This document shows positions 1-11,200 of a DNA stretch of 64,000 nucleotides, one piece after another. The notes below the pieces were generated by a model. That model was not told where the DNA came from. It was given only the letters and a program-made list of their open reading frames with translations, and did not search any database. Both the position numbers and the translations under genes were made by a program. Position 1 is the stretch's first letter, and every line of letters starts with the position of its first letter. The stretch comes from Balanoglossus misakiensis (taxonomy: Eukaryota; Animalia; Hemichordata), in NCBI GenBank assembly GCA_040954595.2, contig CM082583.2, positions 12,996,987 through 13,060,986 on the forward strand. The letters run 5' to 3'.

Positions 1-665
1 GCAAATAAAAATATTCTGATTGAAATTTGCTGTCATGTAATCTCACTCTGTACAATCATCTATATAATAATTAAATTATGTACATTAATATTTACGAAAA
101 ATAAATTAGATTTAAAATTAATGCACACTGAATCATTTAAGAATATATTAATACATTTGCATATAATACTGTTATCTTTCAAACGTAATATCAACCAATC
201 GAAAGAAATTATTCATAAATTAAAATGTACATGTATATCAGAAATTGTAAATTTTCAGAATGGAAGGCATAAACTTGATACGTTAAAATCATAAATTAAC
301 AATAGTGGTGAACAAAATCTTTGGAGAACTGTGTTATTGTTAATACACTAATGTGTCAGTACTTAACACTAATATTGCAATTACAGTATTGTAGAAAGTC
401 CTTCAATTGTGTATTACTTTTCAATCATCAAGAAATTCATCCATCTTTTAAAATACAAATCAATGTAAGTACATCATCCTTTAGTTCAAAATTCCAATCC
501 CCAAAACATTTTAATTTTTTAAAGATTTAATTGTAAATGGTTATACTGTTGATTGTTGATGTTCCAAAAACATCATCTGTGTTTGATTGTTCAAGATTGT
601 TTTCTCGTTATCTGCTTAAGCTGTCATCCTTATAGGGGTGGAGGATTTGAGATTGATGGACGTTG

Positions 666-3600
666 TCACAGCTTCAGTTTTTCAAGTTCCTGAGCAAACT
701 TCAAGATGTCCAGCAGAGTCATTCCAAAATCAGTCTGTAGGCTTTTATAGAAGAATTCTGGAGCCTGTAAGGAAACACTTTGGATCAGTGCCAGTAATCT
801 GCGTGGTTTCTGTAACAAATGCTTTTCTCTGATTTTTTCCTTCTGTGTATCAACGACGGTTTGTTTGTTGAATAGTGATAGCATACTAGTACTACAGAGT
901 AGTTTCCGTCTTTGTGACAAAACTGGACAGATAGAGAAGATATGGACTTCACCTCTTTTCTTAAATTATGGAGTTGGATGAGAGTACGTCCAGTCACTTG
1001 ATTCAGTATGTCTTCACTGTACCTAAAAACCACACACCAAAATAATTGCAAACTGAATGAGTTTAAAGTGCTGATGGGCCATGTGTTGTTTGTCCTGTGT
1101 TACATGGTCTAAGAATGTCCCCCGATATAAACTGTGCAGTCAAGCAGAATCTTGCAGGGTCTCATGGAGTTAAAGAAATGGTCTATTGCCAGCATGGATT
1201 AGAACTTGTTTAACACCAGCTAGATTCCAGAAATAATATCATTACTGGGTATAATTTCAGTATATTTTTCTTCTCAGCAAAAATTAATTTTGCATTTCTA
1301 TTATTTGGCTGAAGATAACTACGATGACCACACCTGTTGATTTGACTATTTGTCAACCACTCTTTGACCTGCACAGATGTCCACTCGGTGACTTTTCCAT
1401 ACTTTGATGTGATGGGTGGCAATGGTGAAGAGCCTGTGGGAAATTCCTGTTCTCGGCTATCCGGTCGGCTCTGCAAAGTGTCAAATAATTCTATTTTGAA
1501 ATGTCAGCTAAAAAATAAAGTTAGAACGTAAAGGTGCATCATTGTCTTCTGTATGCAAAGTTAACCACATTGACCATGGTAAGTGGAGATTGAGCCAATC
1601 ACAGACATTTTCTTGGGTGGCCATGTGAAAGAAGTATGCCACCACATGGTCATAAGCAGAATTGGACATGCCCTGTAAACCATATATGGGCATACTTCTG
1701 AATACTTCTGTGTATCAACCTTTGAAATTACCAGAAAAACTTGGTGGACTTGCATTAAACCCAGAGTCAGAGTTGTAAGGTTACAAGCTAGTAAAATCTG
1801 TCCCCTCAGATAATATCATTATGAAGAAAAAATAGAAATTTACACAGTTCTTCCTATACAGAGGTTGTGTATGTACACTTTAACATATTACAGATGAAAG
1901 AAATATGAATCCAAGCTTTTGAATGTCACAATAGGAAGACAGGAAAGGGTTCCATCATTTATACCTTGTGAGAAAACAACAGTGATTAAGAAATGCTGGT
2001 GTTATATTCTGGCCAGAACTGATGGGACATTCTTAAAATGTCATGTGTCAATGGGAAAAGGAATTGACAGTTACACTGAAGAACATGAAAAACCACACAA
2101 CACGGACATGTCAAAATAATTATCATTTACAGTACCAGTGCTGTGTTTGGAGTAATGCCTGTGGTGTTGTTGTTATGCTTCTTCTGTTGAAAAACCAATT
2201 CAAGAGAATTGAAATTTTTACTGTTGATTCTCTGAAGTTGGAATCTCGAATGAAATGAAATGCAAAGATGTACATTCCTCGTTTGGCACTCTCCAAAAAA
2301 TCAGTTGACAGCACAATTGGAAATAGTGACTCACAATCAAATCTGTACAAGGCAGGCCCGTTTTGACATCAACTAGACAAGTTGTAAAATAAAAAAAAAA
2401 ACGACTAGGAAAATAGGAAGACCAGGCGAGCAACAAAATCTCAGCAGTGACGTGCAAAACTCTGATCAGAAAGAAAAGAAACAAATCATTTCAACAAATT
2501 AATAAAACATATATGTGCTCTGTTCACTGCAAAAGAAAAGAAAGTAAATGATTGGGGAAAAAAGAGAGTAGAAAACAAACATAAAGAAACGCAGCAAAAG
2601 AAATCAAACTTACTCCAGTATCAGCAACAATATCATCCTTTGAATCTGTTTCAGTTTCAGTTTGTGGAATCTATAAAATAGCAAGCACATGCATGTTTCT
2701 GTGAATATGATGGCAAAGTAAATTTGACATGCAAATACATGTATTGATGATATACATGTATGAACAGTTGCAGTGAAAAACATGCATTATTCTCCTTTTT
2801 CTATCTTGCGGGATAGAAGTACCACCATCATGTTTGCTGTTAGAGCATAGTTCTTGTTGACACTGGATGGTAACCTCTGGTGAGAATATCTCAACTTCTG
2901 GCAGTATGTCAGGAAGACCCCCTTTGTACATTGTATGTAGAGAGAGAGTACATGACTTGTACATGTAGACGTATCTGCAAGGAATTATATTTTTCCAATT
3001 GAACATTTTATAAGACTTTACCGTTTCTGGAACAGAGCGCTGCGTTCTCATTTTAACCTGCTGCAGCAAATCCACCATTTTCTCCTCGAAGTTGTCACTG
3101 TGATGCTTGGAGAAATCCACGTACAAGTGACTGCCGAGAAAAGCTCCCAACCAATTGTCTGCCTTGAATTCCTGCATTCTCACAGGGATGAACTCCTTCT
3201 TCAGGTCGAACACATACTCGCCCTCTGTCAATTATTAGATCAAAAATGAACTTTTTGATTCCGATATTGCAAAAGACAGATCAACTGGTAATATTTGGAC
3301 TGAGCAGCCATAATATCATTATAAGGCAAGTTTGTTCTTAGATGATAAAACAAATCGTTCCCTTACCAGTTCTGCAATTGGGACTGCTCTGATATTTTTT
3401 GCAGAAGCAAACAAGAACCAAATAAGCCTCCTGCACAGCTACAGCCATGGCTTCCAAGATCGAACCAGACATGTTTTCAACATCAATCCAAGTGTGATAC
3501 CCTTCCTCTCGAAGTCTCTTGTTGATTTTCAGTACAACTCTGTTAATGAAGAGCACATTGAGTGTCAAAAAAGTGAGGTTGAGGATGGTTGGTTAAAGAG

Positions 3601-5003
3601 TCTTGTCTGATAATTAGCATCTACATGTAATTCTCTACTTACTCTTGGTTTTTCCAGTTGTAACTAAGCATAATATGACCTTTCTTCTTGGTGTCCAACG
3701 TGAGAGGTGGGGGTGGACTCTTCTTTTTCTTTGCTTTTTTTCCTCCAGATGTTGAACCAGCGCTGGTTTGTGATTCTGGAGCTGGAGGTGGTGGTGTTGG
3801 AGGGGGTCCCCGAAATGCTGTAGGTGCATGATGGGAAGGCGGAGGGGGAGGAGGACAGGGTGAATCAGCGACTGATTTTTCTTTGGGTTTCGCATCCACG
3901 TCGGTCGTGTCATGGCTCAGTTTCTTGGCTGAACTTGGTCGAATGACAACATCATCATCATCGTCATCACTACAACCGCCACCATCTAACTCTTCAGTTT
4001 CCTCCGGAGCACTCGTCTCCTTTAATTTGAGATCAAGCAGGACGAAAAGAGCACCCTCAGAATTCTGTCGGATCTTATCATTGGGAGATGTCTTTGCTGC
4101 GTTCAAAAGCTGGATGATATCTCTGTCGCCGATCTTCACGCTGCGCAAAACTGGCCGGTTGCTTTTCACAAACGTCAAGTTCCAAAGGAGTTCGCTGGCA
4201 AGAGACTGGACTTCGGTTTTCTCAGAATTCAAAAATGCTGGAATGATGTCCTTGCCTTCTTCGCAGATTGTTTTCTTGTTTTCATCAGCCACTGCAAAAT
4301 TCAGCAAAGCTTGCAGTAGCTCTACCTCGGAGAACTCCAGCTTCTCAGGTTGTTCTGGTGGCTTGAAGGCAACTAGCTGGTTGCATATCAACCTGATGGC
4401 ATTTGTTTTCTCTGCAGCCTTCCGCACATCATCCACGCTATCACTGTCAACCAACAAATAACTGAGGGCCATCACCGCTTTGGTCTTGACCACATTGTCG
4501 TCTGTTGCGCTTGGAATGAGCTCCAGAGTGCTGATTGTCGCGTCAGTTTTCATGAACTTGTGATTTCTCTCTACCTTTGCCATCTTGTAAACTTCTGTCA
4601 CTATGGAAGGGAGCTCCTTTAAAAAGAACAAAATTGAGAGAATTTACATTCACTTCCAAGACACGCACACTGATACAATACAGGCCTTTCCTCAATGTGT
4701 GTAGATGTACATGTATAATTTTACCTCTTTGGTTTCATGACCATTCACAACATCTGCACTGTCTGTGGTTATGTCCTGGGAAACCAATTTTTTCATCTTC
4801 TCAACCATTTCTTGACATCTTGTCTTCCTCTGGGCAGATGCCGGCCTGTCCAACTTTTTTCCGGCATCTGGACTTGCCGGCTTCTCCTGCTTGCCTGTGC
4901 TTCCAGCAGCACTTCCGTGGACTTCCAGTGATTTGAGGTCCTTTGAACCTGTCCTCTGGAGATCTTTGTCAAGGACTTTCTTTTTCCTCAGCGTCCGCAA
5001 CAT
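666..5003 (-). CDS. ARM-repeat / Pro-rich / TIR (TIR_2) / SAM-like domain protein (SARM1-like domain set in a different order), 8 coding exons
   Basis: Exons stitch in frame at GT-AG: 5003-4725, 4616-3643, 3539-3367, 3224-3023, 2670-2614, 1470-1334, 1022-953, 764-666. ARM-like helices (LQALLNFAVADENK, ASELLWNLTF, SEGALFVL). Poly-Pro linker. TIR motifs HIMLSYNW, WIDVENMSGSILEAMAVAV, YQSSPNCRTEGEY, WLG. SAM-like tail VTEWTSVQVKEWL...TGRTLIQL...APEFFY...LKFAQEL. Confidence 0.85.
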
Positions 5004-5973
5004 TTTCAAATCAACAGAACAGTATACCTTCGGTTTTTAATTTTCAGAACATATGATATTGCCTACTGTTGGTCACTTCTGCTGATGTTGATTGTCAATA
5101 TCTGGAAGAAATGAATGTGAATCATAATGTGTGTGTGGGGGGGGGGGGGGGTGGATGATGTTACAGGCTGTGCCTCCGACACTGGAGGCGCACATATGCA
5201 TGCAGACCCTGTCGCTAGCACAGGCGTCAGCCTTCAAATAAACCAGCGATCGGCAGTGGCAGGTGGGCTTTGCTATCCGAGACTGCATGCACTGGCTGGT
5301 CAGTTTGAGGGCCTGTGTTTGTGTAGCAACCCTTAGTGTACCCAGCAACGAAGCTGACTTGCATTTGAAAAGTACAGTAACCAATGATCCAAACCTGGTT
5401 TCTTTTGAATCAGTGAGATAGCATTTGTCCGAAAAGAATATTATCGTCTCGCCTACGCCATAAGAGACTTCATCTGGCGATCCAGGTGATCGATCAGCGA
5501 CGCAACGTCCACTCTCAGTCGCATCTTAGGTAGTTCACTCTGAAAAAATGTCACCCCTGAGAACTTCCCCAGGAGCAAAGGTCAGAGGTGACTTGTCATG
5601 TGGTCATGAGTTTTCTGGTGACTCCATTTTACATACGGGATAGAACTGTTTGTGAGAAAATATAATCTTTCTTCGTTTTCTTTCCAAAGCTATATATTTC
5701 CCGGTATTAATTATTTTATAATGATTATTGTGTTCGATGTGTACGCCTCATTACACTATATACACGACGAACCACTGAAATCTTCGCGACCATTTCGAGT
5801 TTTAGGAGACGCCACTCCCTCTTCAGAAGTAGATAGTTCCATTAGCAGCCATGTTGACGAAAGTGTATATTTCGAAGTGGATGAAACCCTACGTACGCGC
5901 GTAGTTGAAGCGACGGTACAAGAAAGTAGGCTGCTAGTTTGTTCTCCCGATCCGACGTAGATGATTGGACTTC

Positions 5974-6978
5974 ATGCCAAGAGAGAGGCGTCTCCCCAAA
6001 AGATTTAGATGTAAGTAGAACAACAAAACACGACTGAAGATAGACGTACAACCGTGCACACGATGTACATTGCGTTTGTTGTATGTGCGTGCATAGTGAC
6101 ATTGAAATTGATTTGTTCTTGCCCTTTTTTGTAAATCCTAGCCTCAGATGATAGTGATCAAGAGGGTAGTGGTAGCCTAGAAAAGAAAAGTGTGTCCGGC
6201 ACTCAGCCAGCGAGTCCAAGCAAGAAAAAGAAGAAAGCCAATCTCAAGCAGGTGAGAAGAAATTCATTTCTTCTTGTAAAGTTGTATTCGTCCTTCCTCC
6301 ATTTGTCTAGCTCTCAACAGCTAGAGAGAGTGATGTTTAATAGTTTATGCAGTATCGCAATTCGTCCAACTGCTATTGTTGCAATACTTCTCAACAAGCA
6401 GCGCCCATACTCAGTTTTAATATTTCCTTTTCCATTAGGTTCACAGTAAAAGTCCAGCTGAAGTGACCCCCGTGAGCAAATCCAAGTCAGAACCCAATAA
6501 CTGTAAGACACCCCTGAAGGAAGGACTGAGCCAGTCTATGCCTTCCGGCTCCCAGGCAATAATGAACCCCAGCACCACGGTCAATAGCTACCCACCAAGT
6601 AACTATGGCAACATTAACCACTACAACCAGCAGCCACAGCCGCCGCCCATGCCGAACGTCAACCACTCGGGTTTCCATGGCGGCGTGCCCCTGCAGCCGG
6701 TCATCCTGAATCTCAACGATCCTTCAGCGCCAGCCATCTATCCCTGCGGAATATGCCAGCGGGAAGTGCACGACAATGACGATGCCATCCTGTGTGAGAG
6801 CAGCTGCAATTTCTGGTTCCATCGGGTGTGCACAGGAATGACGGAAGCAGCATACACGCTGCTCACAGCTGAACAATCAGCCGAGTGGGTGTGTGATAAA
6901 TGCATTGCCAAAAAGAAAACACCAATGGTACGAATGAAGAAACTCAACATTCCTGAAATACGTACCACTGGTACATAG
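5974..6978 (+). CDS. PYGO: Pygopus homolog (Wnt/beta-catenin co-activator, C-terminal PHD finger), 3 exons
   Basis: Exons 5974-6010 (MPRERRLPKRFR), ~6142-6252 (NLS SPSKKKKKAN) and 6439-6978. PHD YPCGICQREVHDNDDAILCESSCNFWFHRVCTGMTEAAYTLLTAEQSAEWVCDKC matches the Pygopus signature. Confidence 0.92.
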
Positions 6979-7926
6979 GCCTGGGACATCAATGAATATT
7001 TTGTAATATTCTGGACAATTGTTCCAGAGGTACTAAGTCATATTTAACATCATTCTCAGGCTTCTTATCATGGGTTTCTGCTGCCAGTTTCTTTTTTTTA
7101 CTTCTTTTATCAAATCAATGTGAATACATTTCAATTTCATTCATGCAGAGGAGATGTTAGTGACTTTCCTTTGATGATTAAGATTTTTATAAATGAGATA
7201 AACATGTTTGTACATATCTGCTTCTTTGAAATAGTTTACTTGGAGTTACAGTTGTTGGCACAAGTAAAGTTTTATAGAGAAATCCCACATCGTAGATCTC
7301 TAGAATGGTCTTTTCTTTTGTAAAGGTGAATAAACAGGTAGATGATACTGAATTTCCTGAATAATTTTGCCGTAGTTCCCATTTGACAGATCTGTGATTC
7401 CAAGAAGGTTTCCATATGACTAAGCTACATGTAGCATATATGTACCAACCTTTGGATAAATAAGGTTCTTGGGCAGATTAGAGTTTTATTGAGCAGTGTT
7501 GTAGCGTGTTTGACAATGCAGAAGTGAAGGAAAGCCTCACTACTCTGTCCAGATGTGAAATGTGGTGCACCACTCTCGTAAATAACCAGACTGATGAATT
7601 ACATTTTTTTAGTTTGAGTAAACCTTCATACTGTCACTACAGCGGGTCATACAGTTGTAGCAATGAGACAAAAACTGATACTGTATTGTGTTTTGTATCA
7701 TTTCTGTAGATTTTTTTATTGTATATTTTGACACGGTGGTCCGCCAAGTTGTTCAAAGTTGGTGTCACAATTGAAGGTTCATTTTAAATCAGACACCATG
7801 CATTTTGTATTTAATTTTTTTTTAGATATTTATTACATTTTTAAAAGAAATGTAAGGTTTGGTTATGTGTATAGATGGGTCATAAGGGTTTTATTGTTAT
7901 AAATAAAACAATGTGAAAATAAACTA

Positions 7927-7951
7927 CATGTATGTATGTATGTATGTATGT
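7927..7951. repeat. (TATG)n microsatellite
   Basis: catgtatgtatgtatgtatgtatgt is seen directly. Confidence 0.9.
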
Positions 7952-8233
7952 AGCATAACACAAGTAGCATAAAGATGTATATCACTGTTAAAATCACGAA
8001 CAAAATAAATATCAATAAAATGCATCAGCTACAACGGAAAATGACAATGGAGGTAATATAGAATGGTGACATCCGGAGAAAAATGACAAAGCTCACTTTC
8101 AACTGTCCTTTCTATCACTTTCAACATCTGTATACCCATCTCCCTGTCGCAATAGCATATTTTCATAAAGCTCAGATATAGTACAGTACGCACATTGAAA
8201 CTAAGTTTCTTCTGGAATCGGTAATTGGTATCT

Positions 8234-11200
8234 TCATCTGCCACTAACCCATTGGATTGGAATGATCACTTGGTAATCAATTTCCTCACATGTTAAGCTA
8301 CTACAGTCAGGTCTGCAGTCAGGTCTGTAATGAGACAGAAATACATCATTTTCATAAAGGATGCCCTTGCAAAACATGGAGTTATCACCAGATGGTGAAC
8401 AGCCTATATAAGTATTTCTTATTTCCACTGTTTTGAAAAGGGTTGTGTGGATTTGAGTGCATTGCACTCATAAGTAAACTCTGAACATGATAGCATTGTT
8501 AACTAACCTGTTCTTTCATTGCCCACAGTTTGTTTCTCTTGCAATAACCAGTACGTCCTCATTTGCCCTTTCCCCTGCCAAACGGAAAAGTCAACATTAT
8601 TTTAAATTATTTTGTATGCTAGAACGAAACTGACACATACATACATACATACATACATACAGAGAAACATACATAAATTGTGTATTACCTTAATTTCTAC
8701 GTCACCTCTTGGGTGAAAGACATAACCATTTGATTTTGACAGAATTGTGTAGGCGCTTTCACTGCAGTGAATTTTACACGCTGTATAAATGAAAACAAAC
8801 ATAAATCTCATAATTTTTATCACTACGAAGGTCGACAATAAAAATACATGTAAAGTGAATTCACTGTGAAGATTATTCTACATGTGCACTGGGGTAGGCA
8901 TGAACACCTGTAGGAAATGGTGTGATATCAAGAGTGGAGTGGTCAAATGGATTCGAAATATTTCGATTCAGAAGTAAATAAGTCCATCTGTGTGAGCTTT
9001 AGCACTGTATGCAGTACCTTCACCATGACTTCGCATTCGCGATGCCACGTTAACTGTGTCACCGAATATACAATATCGCGGCATTGCAACTCCGATCACA
9101 CCAGCAGCACAGGACCCACTGTGGATGCCAATGCGCAACTCCACCTTTCTGCCAGGCCAGTGTTTAATTTTGAATGTGGAAGTAGCTTCCATCATATTCA
9201 GTGACATGTCGGCTATTTCCATAGCGTGCTTGGAACCATTCCGTTTCGGTAAGCCAGATGCCACCAGATATGCATCGTTGACCGTCTCCACCTAACGATT
9301 AAAATACATTTTTATTAACTTTTGACGTATATGCCAGGCTAAATTTCACGGCCTATCACACCATAAGAAAACTTTTTAAAAGTCATCCATCAGTTAACTT
9401 TTAAATTCTAATACCTTGTAAACGTCGTGTTGTTTGATGATCTCATCAAAACAGGTGTACACGTCATTCAGCAAATCGATCACCTAAAGATTAAACAAAA
9501 ACAGCAGTCATCACAATTGAAAATTAATTTTGAAGCACTATGGCACACTGATATCTTAAACTTGAGCAGTATAGAATTAACTGTATTATTACACTGTATC
9601 TCATGATCAAACGTAAAATCTCACACTTGTACCTGGACAGGCGAGCTTCCAGAAGCAATTTCGTCGAAGTCGCATATATCCGAGAAAAAGATCGTCGCCT
9701 CGTCATAATTCTCAGGGTCCACTTCCAAACCTTTTCTCAGTTTGTCAGCAACAAGCCTACACATTTCAAGGAGAAGAGGTACAGACATTCAACAGTGCCA
9801 AATACATAGCAATCAAGTTTAGGCTGTTATCTTACTTATTACTGGTGTGCGGGTTCCCGGGTTGCTTAGATTCTTGTATACTTACGGAGGAAGCATTCGG
9901 TACAAAAGTAAATCGGTCTTCTTTTTCTCATGAAAGAACTGTTGCGTTTTCTCCTCAACCAACCCTTCCAAGTTGTCGTTGTACCTCTCCATTTTCGCTA
10001 CTATATTTTCCAAAACTTTTGGTTTCCTGCAAGGGAGAAAAGGATTCAACATTTGATGGAAATAGAAAGTGTGTAGTCTTGAAGTGCTACTCGAAGAATC
10101 CAAAGATTCTCTCACAGCCCCTCTCGCTGCCTCAGTGTATGAGGCTTATATGGTCTGATTGCCTGTGCATATGGTGATTCTCCAGGACCTTTGCTAAACG
10201 GTTGAGTCATGCATATTGACAGCAGTAGACATTTGGATTGTTGTCAAACTTACTCGCCGTTGTTGATTTTTATACATTTCTTCTTCACCTCTCGGATTGT
10301 AGGTCGAACATTTGGGTTTTCATTCAAGCAGCTCTGTATGAGGATAAACCACTGAGGTTCACACAGTGTGGGTAACACCAATGGTCGAAAGGGAGGTGTT
10401 TCTCCATTCCGAACTCTGCTCACAATATCTGTTACAGAAAACACATACAGTATTTAAATAGTTAACACGCCTTGGTGTTGCGTATAATATAAAACTATAT
10501 TTTTGAAGGAGTGCGCAAATCATGAAATGTGTCCACTTGATATATTTATATTTGCGGTAGAGATGTCTTACTGCACTGCCGACGAGGCAAGTGCCTGGCA
10601 CGACTTCTTTATTTCAACTATACAAGGGCACGTTCAATCGGTTTCTAGACTGCGTCTTGATCATATCTTCATAAAAAATGCAGATAGAAATGTTGAAAAC
10701 TGCCCTACCCTTCGGGAGGGTTCCCTCATTAGCTAAAGGGAATACACCCTTGCGTTGAATGATCTCTTGCAATATGATACCAAGGCTGTAGACATCGCCA
10801 CTCGCAGTTCCGCGGAGAGAACGGTCTGGATGGCGAAGTAGCTCTGGTGCAGTCCACAACTGTTCTGTTGGATCATTATAAAGACATTTAATTTCCATTA
10901 GCTGCAGCTATGTGTAATTGTATGATGACCCCATAATACCTTTCAATTATTCATCATCAGTATCTGAAAACTAATGTTAGTGTTAGTCATATAATTCAAT
11001 GATTTACTTGTCCAAATCTCGTGGTCCTGTGCTTGAGAACCAAACCCTCCTGTGACCGGTGGCTGTACCGTGGAAGGAGAGTTCCGAATACCGTACCCAG
11101 TCACTTTCAACACCCACTTCTTGTCGATGACGCAGTTTGTCGACTTGAGGTTGCCATGGGAGACCAGTTCACTTTGGTGGATATACTCCATTCCCTATGT

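Noticed and set aside
1471-2613. Possible extra small exons in the 1.1-kb intron of the TIR gene
   Set aside because: The candidate acceptors I tried led to in-frame stops or lengths not divisible by three.
3883-4461. 192-aa plus-strand ORF
   Set aside because: It is the antisense shadow of the large ARM exon; Ser-rich with no recognisable domain.
5130-5200. Poly-G run and short hairpin (tgtgcctcc...ggaggcgca) upstream of the TIR gene
   Set aside because: Too short to separate from chance, and homopolymer runs recur elsewhere (31605, 46153).
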